Shown one piece after another: positions 37,624-47,765 of a DNA stretch of 64,000 nucleotides. The notes below the pieces were generated by a model. The model searched no databases. It was not told the origin of the DNA and worked only from the letters and a program-made list of their open reading frames with translations. How positions within the stretch are numbered: position 1 is the stretch's first letter; every line of letters starts with the position of its first letter. Source of the DNA: a virus; the IMG/VR virus record IMGVR_UViG_3300045988_087270, positions 1-64,000 of that record. One strand, 5' to 3'. Made by a program: the position numbers and the translations under genes.

Positions 37624-39363
37624 ATGTTATTTATGGTAATAAAGAGAGACGGAAGTAAAGAAGAGTTTAACAGAAACAAAATTAGAGATGCTGTATTAAA
37701 AGCTTTTGGAGTTACCCAAAATTCTAATAAGACAATGGACGAAGATATTTACAGAGCAGTTACTGAAATAACTAATTCTGTAGTAGAGACTGAAGATCAA
37801 TCTATTGAAGATATTCAAGACCAAATTGAAGAACTTTTAATGGATTTAGGATATCACGACGTAGCTAAAAAATATATTCTATATCGTAAAGAACGTGAAG
37901 ATATTAGGAATCATGCTACTAGAGATATTGAATTTATTCATAATTTTGTAAAATCTGATAATACTGCTAATGCTACTATTGACGACAATAGTAATGTAGG
38001 AACTAAAGGTATTGGAGTATTAAACGCTGAAATACATAAAGTCGATAATAAACTTACTAATACAGAATGGTGGGAAAGTTTTGTAAAGAAGAGAGACCCT
38101 AACTTTAATATAAAAGTTATGAGGAATGATTTTAAAACTATTTTATATCCTCATGATTCATCTTCTCAAGTAGGAGAACCATATTGTATGGCAGCTTCTA
38201 TGTATCCTTTCTTGTTGTCTGGATTAGAGAAATTAGGAGGTAAATCAGCAGTTCCAAAGAACCTTGATTCACTCTGTGGTATTTATGTAAATCTAAACTT
38301 TGCATTAGCTTCTGAAATTAAAGGAGCAGTAGCTACTCCTGAGTTTCTGATGTATATGGATTATTTCTGTAGAAAAGAATGGGGAAATAATTATTATCTT
38401 AAACCAAGTGTAAGAATAACTACAGATTACTGTATAAAACAGAAAACTATTGGTAGTCAAATTGATCAATATTTCCAACAAGTAACTTATTCTATTAATC
38501 AAATAGCTGGAGCTAGAGGAATGCAGTCTCCATTTACAAATTTTTCATTCTTCGATAAATATTTCTTTGAAGGTATGTTTGGAGAATTTGTATTTCCAGA
38601 TGGAACAAAGCCAGAATGGAATTCTACTAATTGGTTACAAAGACGTTATTTACATTGGTTAAACCAAGAAAGATTAAAATGTATTTTAACATACCCTGTA
38701 TGTAGCTATGCTTGCTTAACAGATAAGGAAGGTAATTTTAAAGATTTAGATACTTTCCATTTTATATGCAATGAATATGCTCAAGGAAATTCTTTCTTTA
38801 CTTATTTATCTCGTAGCGTAGATAGTTTAAGTTCATGTTGTCGTTTACAGAATGCAGTACAGGAAAATACATTTAATACTACTAATGGTCAAATAGGTGT
38901 AATGACTGGTAGTAAGAATGTCATCACTCTTAATTTAAATAGAATTATTCAGGATTGGCAGCATACTTGGTCTGATTATAAAGACCATATTGATGTTAAT
39001 ACCAATAGATGCTGTTTCCCAGTAGATTGGATTACACATAAAGATTTCCAAGAAGGAATTAAGAAATATATAGAAAATATTCTTGAAAGAGTTTATTTGT
39101 ATCAATATGCTTATAACGACTTAATGCATTGGTGCAAAGACCATCATTTATATGCTGCTTATGATGCTGGTTTTATTAATCTTGATAAGCAGTATTTAAC
39201 TATTGGAATTAATGGCTTAAATCAGGCTGCTGAATACTTAGGAATGGAATGTAATAATAATATTTATTATAAGACATTCTGTAGATTAATATTCAGTACC
39301 ATAAAAGAGCAGAATAAGAAACATAAAACTAAAACAGCTCAATTTAATACTGAACAAGTGCCT
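37624..39363 (+). CDS. nrdD: anaerobic ribonucleoside-triphosphate reductase NrdD, exon 1
   Basis: N-terminal ATP-cone (VIKRDGSKEEFNRNKIRDAVLKAF); large class III RNR body; ends ...FNTEQVP. The ORF continues only 10 codons into the intron before a stop. Confidence 0.7.
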
Positions 39364-40625
39364 AGACGTGTGGGCACTATAAATCTCTTTTAATTGACTC
39401 GAAACTCCTTAAATTAAGGACAACGAGGGGCAAGCAATAATTATTATAATTATGGGCAGCCTGAGAGACTAAATAAAGAGAATTTTAAATAAATTTATTT
39501 AAAGTATATAATAGTCCGAACTCTATGGTAACATAGAGAGAGAAAATCGAAGAATTTTCTCCGTTAATAATATAATATACAAAATAATTTTGATTCCCGA
39601 GGATGAGGGTCTATAATTGTTCTATAACAGTAAATATAAAAATTATAGTTTATGGAACAAAAATTAGACATTTTAAAAGTAAGAAATTTAGTAAAAGAAA
39701 AAAGAGTAAGAAAAAGAATACCAGATGAATGTACCTGTGAAGTATGCGGAAGTACTAAAGGAGAAGGGAAACTTAGAAGATTCAATGATTATATAGTTTG
39801 TGAAAAACACTATGACCAATTAAATAAATATGGTAAAATCACCGATACTTCTAAAAGAAAACACAAAAAGCCTTTAGAAAAATGTAGTATTTGTGGAGGT
39901 TTAAAAATGGCTTCTTTTGAAGGAACCCCATATTGTCGTAAACATTATATCCAAATAACTAGGCATGGGGTTATTAGAGATAGAACTATCTATGATGCTA
40001 ACGAATATGTTATTCATGAAGATTATGTAGAAGTAAAATGTTTTGATAAAAATGGTAATTATAAAGCTAGCACCAAAGTTGACTTAGAATTTTTACCTGA
40101 TATTAAAAAACATAAAATCTATATAAGAAAAAGTGGTATTAAAGAATATGCAGCATTTTCAGGAATAGAAAATGAAGAAGGTTCTGGTAAAAAATACTTT
40201 GTACATAGATATATAATGCATCTTCACGATAAAAAATATAATATTGATGAAGTAGTAGACCATATCAATGGGGATTCTTTAGATAATAGGATTTCAAATC
40301 TTAGAGTTTGTACTCAAAAAGAAAATTCTTATAATAACAGAGGAACAAAATTAAATCAAAAAATTAAAGGAGTAAACTGGCTTAAAGTAAATAAAAAATG
40401 GACGGCTAGAATAATGTACAATTATAAAAGTATACATCTTGGAAATTATTTTACTTATGCTGAAGCTGTATTAGCTAGAATAAAAAAAGAACAAGAATTA
40501 TTTGGTGAATATGGTCCTAACAAAGATTTATATTATATTATTAATCATCCTTCGCCAATAGAGGAATTAAATAAAATATTAGAAATTCCTTCTATAGAAG
40601 GAGCGTAACAGAATGGCAGAAAGCG
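39364..40625 (+). mobile_element. group I intron 1 of nrdD with HNH-AP2 endonuclease ORF
   Basis: P1: exon gtgcct pairs with IGS gggcac at 39373-39378. R-like gagagacta, S-like aagtatataatagtccgaac, P9 hairpin ctatggtaacatagag. Ends ...gtaacagaatG. Splicing gives FNTEQVP|AESASVKLY. Confidence 0.7.
39652..40608 (+). CDS. HNH-AP2 homing endonuclease (intron-encoded)
   Basis: HNH_3 motif VDHINGDSLDNRISNLRVCTQKEN, AP2-like KGVNWLKVNKKWTARI...; paralog of 42035-42805. Confidence 0.65.
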   Translation: MEQKLDILKVRNLVKEKRVRKRIPDECTCEVCGSTKGEGKLRRFNDYIVCEKHYDQLNKYGKITDTSKRKHKKPLEKCSICGGLKMASFEGTPYCRKHYIQITRHGVIRDRTIYDANEYVIHEDYVEVKCFDKNGNYKASTKVDLEFLPDIKKHKIYIRKSGIKEYAAFSGIENEEGSGKKYFVHRYIMHLHDKKYNIDEVVDHINGDSLDNRISNLRVCTQKENSYNNRGTKLNQKIKGVNWLKVNKKWTARIMYNYKSIHLGNYFTYAEAVLARIKKEQELFGEYGPNKDLYYIINHPSPIEELNKILEIPSIEGA

Positions 40626-40674
40626 CTTCAGTAAAACTTTATAATAGAGATAAGAAGGATGGGTAGACTCAATG
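40626..40674 (+). CDS. nrdD: NrdD exon 2 (49-nt mini-exon, AESASVKLYNRDKKDG)
   Basis: Matches the conserved class III RNR segment AES.S..(F/L)...DK; flanked by intron ends ...cagaatG and 5' exon-end U with IGS gcccat at 40684-40689. Confidence 0.6.
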
Positions 40675-41406
40675 CCCATGTAAAACTCTTACTGATTGAC
40701 TTGGAAGTCCGGTGTGGCGACAGGGCGCAAGCTGTAGCATTTTATATGTTACTTGCAGCGTGAACGACTGAGTGTAAGAGACTTATAAGGATAATATGTG
40801 AATATTGCTACTTATAGGTATGCGACAGTCTGAACTATACAAAGTATAGAGAGAATTCGAAGAAATTCTCCATTTATTTAGTGGGACAATTTTTTATTTT
40901 GACCCAGGGATAAAAATGGTTATATTAGTACCAGATAATAAAATATTAATTTAAACTAATTTTAATTGTATGGATACTAAAATTTGTAGCAAATGTGGAA
41001 GAGAACTTCCACTAGACCGTTTTGAATCTGGAAGAAATCAATGTAGAGATTGTCGTAATGCTAGACGCAGAAAATTAAGACAGGAGCATCCTGAAAAACA
41101 TAGATAGGAAGCTTCTAAAAGGCAAGAAGAGCAAACTAAATGGTTATATTCTCTAAAAAAGAAATGTTTAATATGTGGTGAAACTGAACCAGTATGTTTG
41201 GATTTTCATCATAAAGATCCTAATGAAAAAGATTTTACTATAGGTAAACATAGAAATAAAAGTAAAGAGAATTTAATGAAAGAGATAGAAAAATGTGTTT
41301 GTGTTTGCGCTAATTGTCATAGAAAAATTCATGCTGGTATTATTAATCTAGAAGATTACCTGAATAAATCATTTCCTCAAAGCCCAGAGGAAAGCGTAAC
41401 AGAATG
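40675..41406 (+). mobile_element. group I intron 2 of nrdD with HNH endonuclease ORF
   Basis: P1: exon atgggt pairs with gcccat. R-like gtgaacgactgag, S-like gcgacagtctgaac, P9-like hairpin ctatacaaagtatag. The 3' end gcgtaacagaatG is identical to intron 1. Confidence 0.65.
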
Positions 41407-41407
41407 A
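40970..41407 (+). CDS. HNH endonuclease with in-frame TAG at 41105-41107
   Basis: CSKCGRELPLDRF...CRDC zinc ribbon, then TAG, then CLICGE...CANCHRKIH HNH motif in the same frame. The terminal TGA uses the first nucleotide of exon 3. Confidence 0.55.
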
Positions 41408-41745
41408 CTGGGTTCCTACAGACACTAATCTGTATGCTAGTTATATATTTAAACCTAATGATACACATATAAGTATACTTGATAAAATTATACTTCATAG
41501 TTCTGAGTTCGCTGCTGATGAATTAGATGGAGGTTCTGCTTGTCATCTTAATTTATCTGAACATTTGAGTCAGAAACAATATGAGTATTTACTTAAATTT
41601 ATGGCTAAAGTAGGTTGTAAATATGCTACTTTTAATATTCCTAATTGTGAATGTGAAGAGTGCCATTTTATAGCAAAACAGCCGTTTAGTAAATGTCCTA
41701 AATGTGGCAGTACTCATGTAAGTCTATGGGATAGAATTATTGGGT
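41407..41745 (+). CDS. nrdD: NrdD exon 3 (Zn ribbon plus start of glycyl-radical motif, ends ...WDRIIG)
   Basis: YWVPTDTNLYASYIFKPND...CECEECHF...CPKCGSTHV..RIIG matches the NrdD C-terminus (T4-like CPKCGST...RITGY). Confidence 0.65.
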
Positions 41746-42809
41746 GAACGTAAACGCCCCACATAATAGTAATATTATGTAGTAAACGCAGAATATGCTG
41801 GAAACCCCTTAGAGCCTAAGTATACTTGAAATATTTTCAAGGATGAACAAGTCTTAGGATTGGGCAATCAGCAGACATATAAATTGTTAATTTATGTTAA
41901 AGTGTTAAGATTTATACAAGTCTTGTATATACTTAACATATATAAAATTTATGGGTCTCAGAGACTACCAATGCGCAACCTATGGGTTGATAGTATAGTC
42001 CACTCCCTTATTATTAACATAATTATTTAACAATATGAGAAAAATAACAGAAGAACGCTTTTGTGAAGTATGTGGAGTATCATCAAAATTTAAAAAAGTT
42101 AGTTTTAATAAACTTTCTGGAAAAATACTATGTGAAAAACATATGGGACAATTTAGAAGATTTGGGGAATTTAAAGATACTAATTCAAGAGGAGTATTTG
42201 ATGATAATGAAATTAGATTAAAAGATAATTTTGCGGAAATAGATACTTATGATTCTCATGGAAATATTATGGAGACATTTATTCTAGATATAGATGATGT
42301 TCCAAAATTAAAGGGTCATAAATGGAGAACTGTTTATAAAAATAATAAACCTTATTTATTTACAGGAAACCAGAAAAAAGAACGTATCTATTTTCATAGA
42401 TTGGTACTTCCTACTGATAAACAAGTTGACCATATTAGTGGAGATACTCATGATAATAGAAAATGTAATCTTAGAGAAGTAACTATCCAAGAAAATATGT
42501 TAAACCTACAAAAGAAATCTAATAATACTTCGGGTATTCGGGGGGTATCTTTTGATAAAAAACGAAATAGATGGAAAACTGATTTTACTTTTCAAAAACA
42601 ACGTTATTATTTAATGGATAGGAACCTAAAAGAAGAAGCCGTTTATCAAAGGTATCTTTGTGAGAAATTAGTATTAAAAAATTTTCGGAATGAAGCTAAT
42701 GATGCTCTGTATAATTCTTATATTGATAAAATTTCAGAGGAACGTAAAGCTGAAATAAAAAAGTATGTTATTAATAAATTAAATATCTCGAAAGAGAGGG
42801 TATAAAAGG
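41746..42809 (+). mobile_element. group I intron 3 of nrdD with HNH-AP2 endonuclease ORF
   Basis: R ctcagagactacc and S gatagtatagtcc boxes at ~41960-42000; intron ends in G. Splicing restores RIIG|YLTKISNWSAARQLE, the glycyl-radical consensus. Confidence 0.65.
42035..42805 (+). CDS. HNH-AP2 homing endonuclease (intron-encoded)
   Basis: VDHISGDTHDNRKCNLREVTIQENM HNH motif, GIRGVSFDKKRNRWKT AP2-like; paralog of 39652-40608. Confidence 0.65.
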   Translation: MRKITEERFCEVCGVSSKFKKVSFNKLSGKILCEKHMGQFRRFGEFKDTNSRGVFDDNEIRLKDNFAEIDTYDSHGNIMETFILDIDDVPKLKGHKWRTVYKNNKPYLFTGNQKKERIYFHRLVLPTDKQVDHISGDTHDNRKCNLREVTIQENMLNLQKKSNNTSGIRGVSFDKKRNRWKTDFTFQKQRYYLMDRNLKEEAVYQRYLCEKLVLKNFRNEANDALYNSYIDKISEERKAEIKKYVINKLNISKERV

Positions 42810-42910
42810 ATTTAACAAAGATTTCTAATTGGAGTGCTGCTAGACAACTAGAAGGTAGTACTAGAAGTAGAAAGAATAAATTAGAAATTAATATAGAATT
42901 AGCACAATGA
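42810..42910 (+). CDS. nrdD: NrdD exon 4 (C-terminal glycyl-radical tail)
   Basis: (G)YLTKISNWSAARQLEGSTRSRKNK...; the stop overlaps the thioredoxin start. Confidence 0.6.
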
Positions 42911-43170
42911 AAAAAATATTAAAATTTGAAGCAGAATGGTGTGGACAATGTAAAGCTTTAGCACCTATTTTAAAAAGAGTATTAGAAAATCATACTGATA
43001 TTACTTTAACTACAGTAGACATAGAAATTGAAGAGGAAACTACTCTTAGATATAATATTAGAAATCTTCCAACTCTTGTGTTTATAAAAGATGATATAGA
43101 AGTAGGAAGAACTTCTGGAGTTTTAACTACTGATATGCTTGAGAACAAAATTAAAGAGTTCTATGCTTAA
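42907..43170 (+). CDS. thioredoxin/glutaredoxin-like redoxin
   Basis: WCGQC active site; sits between nrdD and nrdG. Confidence 0.65.
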   Translation: MKKILKFEAEWCGQCKALAPILKRVLENHTDITLTTVDIEIEEETTLRYNIRNLPTLVFIKDDIEVGRTSGVLTTDMLENKIKEFYA

Positions 43171-43639
43171 ATATGTTGATACAGCTGTTACTTTTGCAGA
43201 ATTTCCTAATGAAGTTTCTCTGTGTATTAACATCAGTGGTTGCCCTTGTTGCTGCGATGGCTGCCACTCACCTTATTTGTCAAAAGATATTGGAGAAGTA
43301 CTATCATTGGAACGACTTCAAGAATTAATTGAATCTAATAAAGGAATTACATTAGTAGGATTTATGGGAGGGGATTCTGACCCAAAAGAAATAAATAAAT
43401 TAGCTAAATGGGTTAGAGAAAATTACCCTGAATTACATATCGGATGGTATAGTGGTAAACAATTACTAGCTGATAATGATATAGATATTGATAATTTTGA
43501 TTATATTAAACTTGGTCCTTATATGAAACAATTTGGACCATTAAATAATCCAAATACTAATCAAAAATTTTATAAGATAGATAGAAATGCCCATATAATG
43601 ATATGGTGTACTGATATATTTTGGAAGGAGGCTGAATAA
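43139..43639 (+). CDS. nrdG: anaerobic RNR activating protein NrdG (radical SAM)
   Basis: NISGCPCCCDGCHSP cysteine cluster; adjacent to nrdD. The real start may be the ATG at 43163. Confidence 0.6.
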   Translation: MRTKLKSSMLKYVDTAVTFAEFPNEVSLCINISGCPCCCDGCHSPYLSKDIGEVLSLERLQELIESNKGITLVGFMGGDSDPKEINKLAKWVRENYPELHIGWYSGKQLLADNDIDIDNFDYIKLGPYMKQFGPLNNPNTNQKFYKIDRNAHIMIWCTDIFWKEAE

Positions 43640-43651
43640 GCCTCCTTTTTT
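43626..43651 (+). terminator. intrinsic terminator
   Basis: ggaggc-tgaataa-gcctcc followed by TTTTTT, spanning the nrdG stop. Confidence 0.6.
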
Positions 43652-43815
43652 AGTTTTTATGGAATGTGCAATTTTAAATTACGGTGTAGGAAGTGTTGAT
43701 TTAGTGACAGTTCCAGATGATATTGATGATGTAGAAGTTTATTTATATGATGTTTTTGGTTATAGAGAAGATGAAATAGAATTTATGATTAAAGAAGGTA
43801 AAATTAATGTAAAAG

Positions 43816-44211
43816 ATGATAGAACCTAAACGAATAAATAATTTAGAATTTAAGGTCGCTACCTATCTTTTAAAAAATCCTCCTGAAATTAAAGCTTATC
43901 ATATAAATAGATACATGCCTAATTGTTATTATGGTCACGAATCTGATTTTATAAAAATAGATAATGATTGGTATAGAGACCCAAACTTTTCTTGGCATAA
44001 ATTACATAAGAGTTGCTTTAAAAATTCAGAAACTTGTTATGCCATAGCTAGTTTTGAATATAATAAACATGAAGGAGTTTATGAATTTACGTGGATAGGT
44101 GAAAGACCTTTAGATTTAACAGAACAAGAAGAAAAAGATTTTAAAGAATTGATTATTTATGGTTTTAATAAATTAAATCATGGAAGTGACGAAAGTAAGC
44201 CAGATTACTGA
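43816..44211 (+). CDS. hypothetical protein
   Basis: 131 aa. Confidence 0.45.
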   Translation: MIEPKRINNLEFKVATYLLKNPPEIKAYHINRYMPNCYYGHESDFIKIDNDWYRDPNFSWHKLHKSCFKNSETCYAIASFEYNKHEGVYEFTWIGERPLDLTEQEEKDFKELIIYGFNKLNHGSDESKPDY

Positions 44212-44395
44212 CAGTCTTAAAAAATACACATATAGTGGTAAAGACTCTGACTATATAACCATTACAGAATGGACTAATGGAGAAGGATATGATATTGATA
44301 TTAATGGTAAATTAATAACTTTATCTGATGATGAACTAGAAGCTATTAACTATTTAACATTAGTAATGCGCTTCGAAAACAAAAATAATGGATGA
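44180..44395 (+). CDS. hypothetical protein
   Basis: 71 aa. Confidence 0.35.
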   Translation: MEVTKVSQITDSLKKYTYSGKDSDYITITEWTNGEGYDIDINGKLITLSDDELEAINYLTLVMRFENKNNG

Positions 44396-44547
44396 TATAA
44401 TTGTATTAGACTATTCCAATGGTGAGGTTTATATTTATACCTTACCTAGATTAAATATGTATGATAGTGAGATAGAGACTTGGCTAGGTTATATGGATTT
44501 TAACCTAGACGATATAAGTTGGATGGTTAATAAAAATATCACAATTA

Positions 44548-44988
44548 ATGATGAAAGAAAGTAAGACAGAGTTAGAACAAAAAATTGATACCGCTATTGA
44601 ATTATTTAGAAAAGATTCTAATATTACTTTTTTGGAAATAGCTAAATTAGTTAAAGCAGCAATACTTAATAATAAACATTCCGAGAACCCAGTTTCTGAA
44701 CTAGAAGTTTTACAGAAAATGGCTAAAGAGCGTGAAAAAGCTATAGCTATCTATGATAAAGCAGGTCGGAATGATTTAGCTCTTAAAGAAACTAAAGAAC
44801 TTGGCTATATTCGAGGAATGATACCTAAAGAACCTTCAGAGCAAGAGATTGAAGAACTTATTGCTGAATTAATGGAAGCAACAACTCTTACTATTAAAGA
44901 TACTAAAGATGTTATTGCAGATGTTCAACGTACATTCCCTACTGCTCAGAAGAGTACTATTGTTAAAATATTTAAATCTTTATTGTAA
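44548..44988 (+). CDS. GatB/YqeY-domain protein
   Basis: 146 aa with the characteristic pattern (KD.NITFLEIAKLVKAAILN...KER..AI.IY.KAGR.DLA..E..EL..I....P). Confidence 0.55.
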   Translation: MMKESKTELEQKIDTAIELFRKDSNITFLEIAKLVKAAILNNKHSENPVSELEVLQKMAKEREKAIAIYDKAGRNDLALKETKELGYIRGMIPKEPSEQEIEELIAELMEATTLTIKDTKDVIADVQRTFPTAQKSTIVKIFKSLL

Positions 44989-45305
44989 TGAAGTTATACG
45001 GAAAATTTGATGGTGAAGCTATTACTGACATTTCTTATAATTTGAAAGCTTTTGAAGAGTATGATGATGTTTATTATACTACTAAAGAAGCTGTATCAAT
45101 GTATAATGTTTATACATCTTGGGAAGAAAATTTAGATGCAGATTGGCTTCCTTATAATTGTACTATCGTAGAAGATGAAATATTTTTCAAAGATGGTGAA
45201 TATTATTATGAAGGAGAGGAGCCTGATAATTGGTCAGCAAGAGGTGAACGAACATTTGAATATAAAGAAGGTAAGTTAGTAAAACAACAGTTTAAACCAT
45301 ATTAA
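44988..45305 (+). CDS. hypothetical protein
   Basis: 105 aa. Confidence 0.45.
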   Translation: MKLYGKFDGEAITDISYNLKAFEEYDDVYYTTKEAVSMYNVYTSWEENLDADWLPYNCTIVEDEIFFKDGEYYYEGEEPDNWSARGERTFEYKEGKLVKQQFKPY

Positions 45306-45306
45306 T

Positions 45307-45636
45307 ATGTATTTTGTATATCAGAAACAAATAAATGTAGCTAGTAAACAGAACTACGATGTAGATTCTATAGTAGAATGGTTTAAGGAGCTTATAGATC
45401 AAGATGATATTAAAGAAAATTATGGAGAAGATGTTACTGCATCAGACATAGTATATGATATTTTCTGCGAATCTGATTCTTGGTATGATGAGTTCATACA
45501 ACATTTTGAGCTAGAAGAAGAAGTAACAGACAATATGACTATTGACGATTTATCTGAACAAATAAGAGAAGTAGCAGAAGATAAATTAATAGATTACTAT
45601 ACTAAATATTTAGAAGAATTAAAATTAGCAAAATGA
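45307..45636 (+). CDS. acidic hypothetical protein
   Basis: 109 aa. Confidence 0.45.
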   Translation: MYFVYQKQINVASKQNYDVDSIVEWFKELIDQDDIKENYGEDVTASDIVYDIFCESDSWYDEFIQHFELEEEVTDNMTIDDLSEQIREVAEDKLIDYYTKYLEELKLAK

Positions 45637-45920
45637 TAGATTTAACATGGCGTGAAATTCGACAGGTATTTGTCGAAGAAGATACTCTTTACTCAGCTTT
45701 ACTTTATGTATATCGTACTTATATAGGAAATGAAGACGATGACATAAATGAAATTATTGAAGGCATTCAAGACCATATAGAAAATTATATAGAGGAATTA
45801 ATTAAAGAAGCTTCTCCTTATGATTATTCTAATGGTGATATAGATTATGAAGATATTACAGAGTTAATTATCAAAGATGAATTCTTAGAGAAATTTAAAG
45901 AGTGGTATTTGAATGACTAA
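45633..45920 (+). CDS. acidic hypothetical protein
   Basis: 95 aa. Confidence 0.45.
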   Translation: MIDLTWREIRQVFVEEDTLYSALLYVYRTYIGNEDDDINEIIEGIQDHIENYIEELIKEASPYDYSNGDIDYEDITELIIKDEFLEKFKEWYLND

Positions 45921-46614
45921 AATATTAATAATCCCGGATTTGCATGGAAGAACATTTTGGAAAGAACCATGCGATAATTGGGAAGGTAAAATTATATTCT
46001 TAGGAGATTATCACGATCCTTATGGAGAATATGTAGATGGAGAACCTGATAAATCAGAATCTTTAACTAATCTTAGAGAATTAGCTGCTTTTGTAGAGAC
46101 TAGACGTAAGATTTCTGATGTTATATGCCTATTAGGTAATCACGATCTTGCTTATTTCAATGGAAACGGTAAATGTAGATTTGATTACTGGCAACAGAAA
46201 AAAGTAAAAAAATTAATTAGGAGTTTAAGTCCACAATTATATTACATATATGAAGATTTAACTACGCAAGAGCCTTATAAATACTTATTTTCTCATGCAG
46301 GTATTACTCAAGATTGGCTAGATTATAATAATCTGGAATTAAAAGACTTAGACAATATAGATATAACTAATCTTAGTCCATTAGACCAAATTCCGTATTC
46401 TAGAGGAGGTCATAATAAATATGGTTCTTGTGTTTGGAATGATTTAAATGATTTTCAATTACAAGCTCCATATAAAGATTATTATCAAATATTCGGACAT
46501 ACTTGGGGAGGTAGAACTAAACCTCTAATTACAGATAAGTATGCTATGTTAGATTGTTGTAAACCATTTGTATTAAATACAGAAACTAAACAAATTGTAC
46601 CATGGATATTATAA
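45913..46614 (+). CDS. metallophosphoesterase (Ser/Thr phosphatase-like)
   Basis: IPDLHGR, GDYHDPYG and LLGNHD motifs. Confidence 0.6.
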   Translation: MTKILIIPDLHGRTFWKEPCDNWEGKIIFLGDYHDPYGEYVDGEPDKSESLTNLRELAAFVETRRKISDVICLLGNHDLAYFNGNGKCRFDYWQQKKVKKLIRSLSPQLYYIYEDLTTQEPYKYLFSHAGITQDWLDYNNLELKDLDNIDITNLSPLDQIPYSRGGHNKYGSCVWNDLNDFQLQAPYKDYYQIFGHTWGGRTKPLITDKYAMLDCCKPFVLNTETKQIVPWIL

Positions 46615-46853
46615 AACTTCCATATACTTCTTATCTTGAACTTAGTGTAAAAGATTTTTCAGAGTTTATACAAAATGAACTCTTAGAGGAAAATGTTCCT
46701 AAAGATAGTTGGCATGATGACATAGGTGATAATATTTATTATTACTTAGAAAGATACTTTATAAAAAAAGATATAAAATATGATGAGCATATTAATGAAG
46801 AGTTGCTAGATTTATTATGTGAAAGTATTTGGGAATATTTAAATTTGCTCTAA
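46602..46853 (+). CDS. hypothetical protein
   Basis: 83 aa. Confidence 0.4.
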   Translation: MDIIKLPYTSYLELSVKDFSEFIQNELLEENVPKDSWHDDIGDNIYYYLERYFIKKDIKYDEHINEELLDLLCESIWEYLNLL

Positions 46854-46856
46854 AGA

Positions 46857-47105
46857 ATGGAAATTAAATTCATAGAAACTTTAAAGATAGATACTTCTGA
46901 ATATTGGAATTGGATTAAAAGTTTATTTCCTTCAACATTATCTAATGAAGAAGTATTTGATAAATGGATGCCAGAGGCTCGCATTTATACTTACAGATTT
47001 TTAAAATTACGAGGTTATAAAAATAATAATCCTTTAGATTCTGGTTTAAAAGAAGTTATAGACGATGTAGCACAATATATAACTAAATTATCTTTAAAAT
47101 CATGA
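46857..47105 (+). CDS. hypothetical protein
   Basis: 82 aa. Confidence 0.4.
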   Translation: MEIKFIETLKIDTSEYWNWIKSLFPSTLSNEEVFDKWMPEARIYTYRFLKLRGYKNNNPLDSGLKEVIDDVAQYITKLSLKS

Positions 47106-47371
47106 AAATTTCATATCAATATCTCACAACAGATGAACTAGATGTAAGTATTAAAGACATATTTGATTATATTAAATTCTTACATACTGATTCAGATATG
47201 TCTATTAAGTCTCCTCTATCTTATGTAGAAGAATGGGAGTTAAATAAAGAAGAAATTATTCAAGCTTTATATGGTACTCAAGTATATGAGGAAATTTGTC
47301 CACGTTTTTATAGAACACTAGAAGAAAAATTATTACCTTATTTAAGACGTGCTGATGGAGAACCCTCTTAG
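47102..47371 (+). CDS. hypothetical protein
   Basis: 89 aa. Confidence 0.4.
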   Translation: MKISYQYLTTDELDVSIKDIFDYIKFLHTDSDMSIKSPLSYVEEWELNKEEIIQALYGTQVYEEICPRFYRTLEEKLLPYLRRADGEPS

Positions 47372-47765
47372 AACATGGTGGAAGGTTAGGAAATGGTTTA
47401 GAATTCCTAAACCTTCCATTTATTTTGGACCTATAATATCAGGGCTACCTTGTAGACTTCCTAATAAATGGATTGAGTTACATAGTTATGACGTTACTTG
47501 GAAAGATAAATATGATAGTCCTAGATTTGAATTTACTCCTCAAATAAATTTAGAATTATTTAAGAAATATCAATTATTATTAACTTTTCAAACTAATAAT
47601 AACGATGTATATTGGGAGACAATCTTAGATATAATTTATTATAATAAATCTCTTAAAGAAGCTATAAATAAAAATACTTGGGAAAATTGTAATAAAGAAA
47701 AGATAAACGCTTTTACTAAAGGGTTTCTTACTCCAAAAGGAGAAAAGTTATATTTATATGGGTAG
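47349..47765 (+). CDS. hypothetical protein
   Basis: 138 aa. Confidence 0.45.
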   Translation: MLMENPLRTWWKVRKWFRIPKPSIYFGPIISGLPCRLPNKWIELHSYDVTWKDKYDSPRFEFTPQINLELFKKYQLLLTFQTNNNDVYWETILDIIYYNKSLKEAINKNTWENCNKEKINAFTKGFLTPKGEKLYLYG

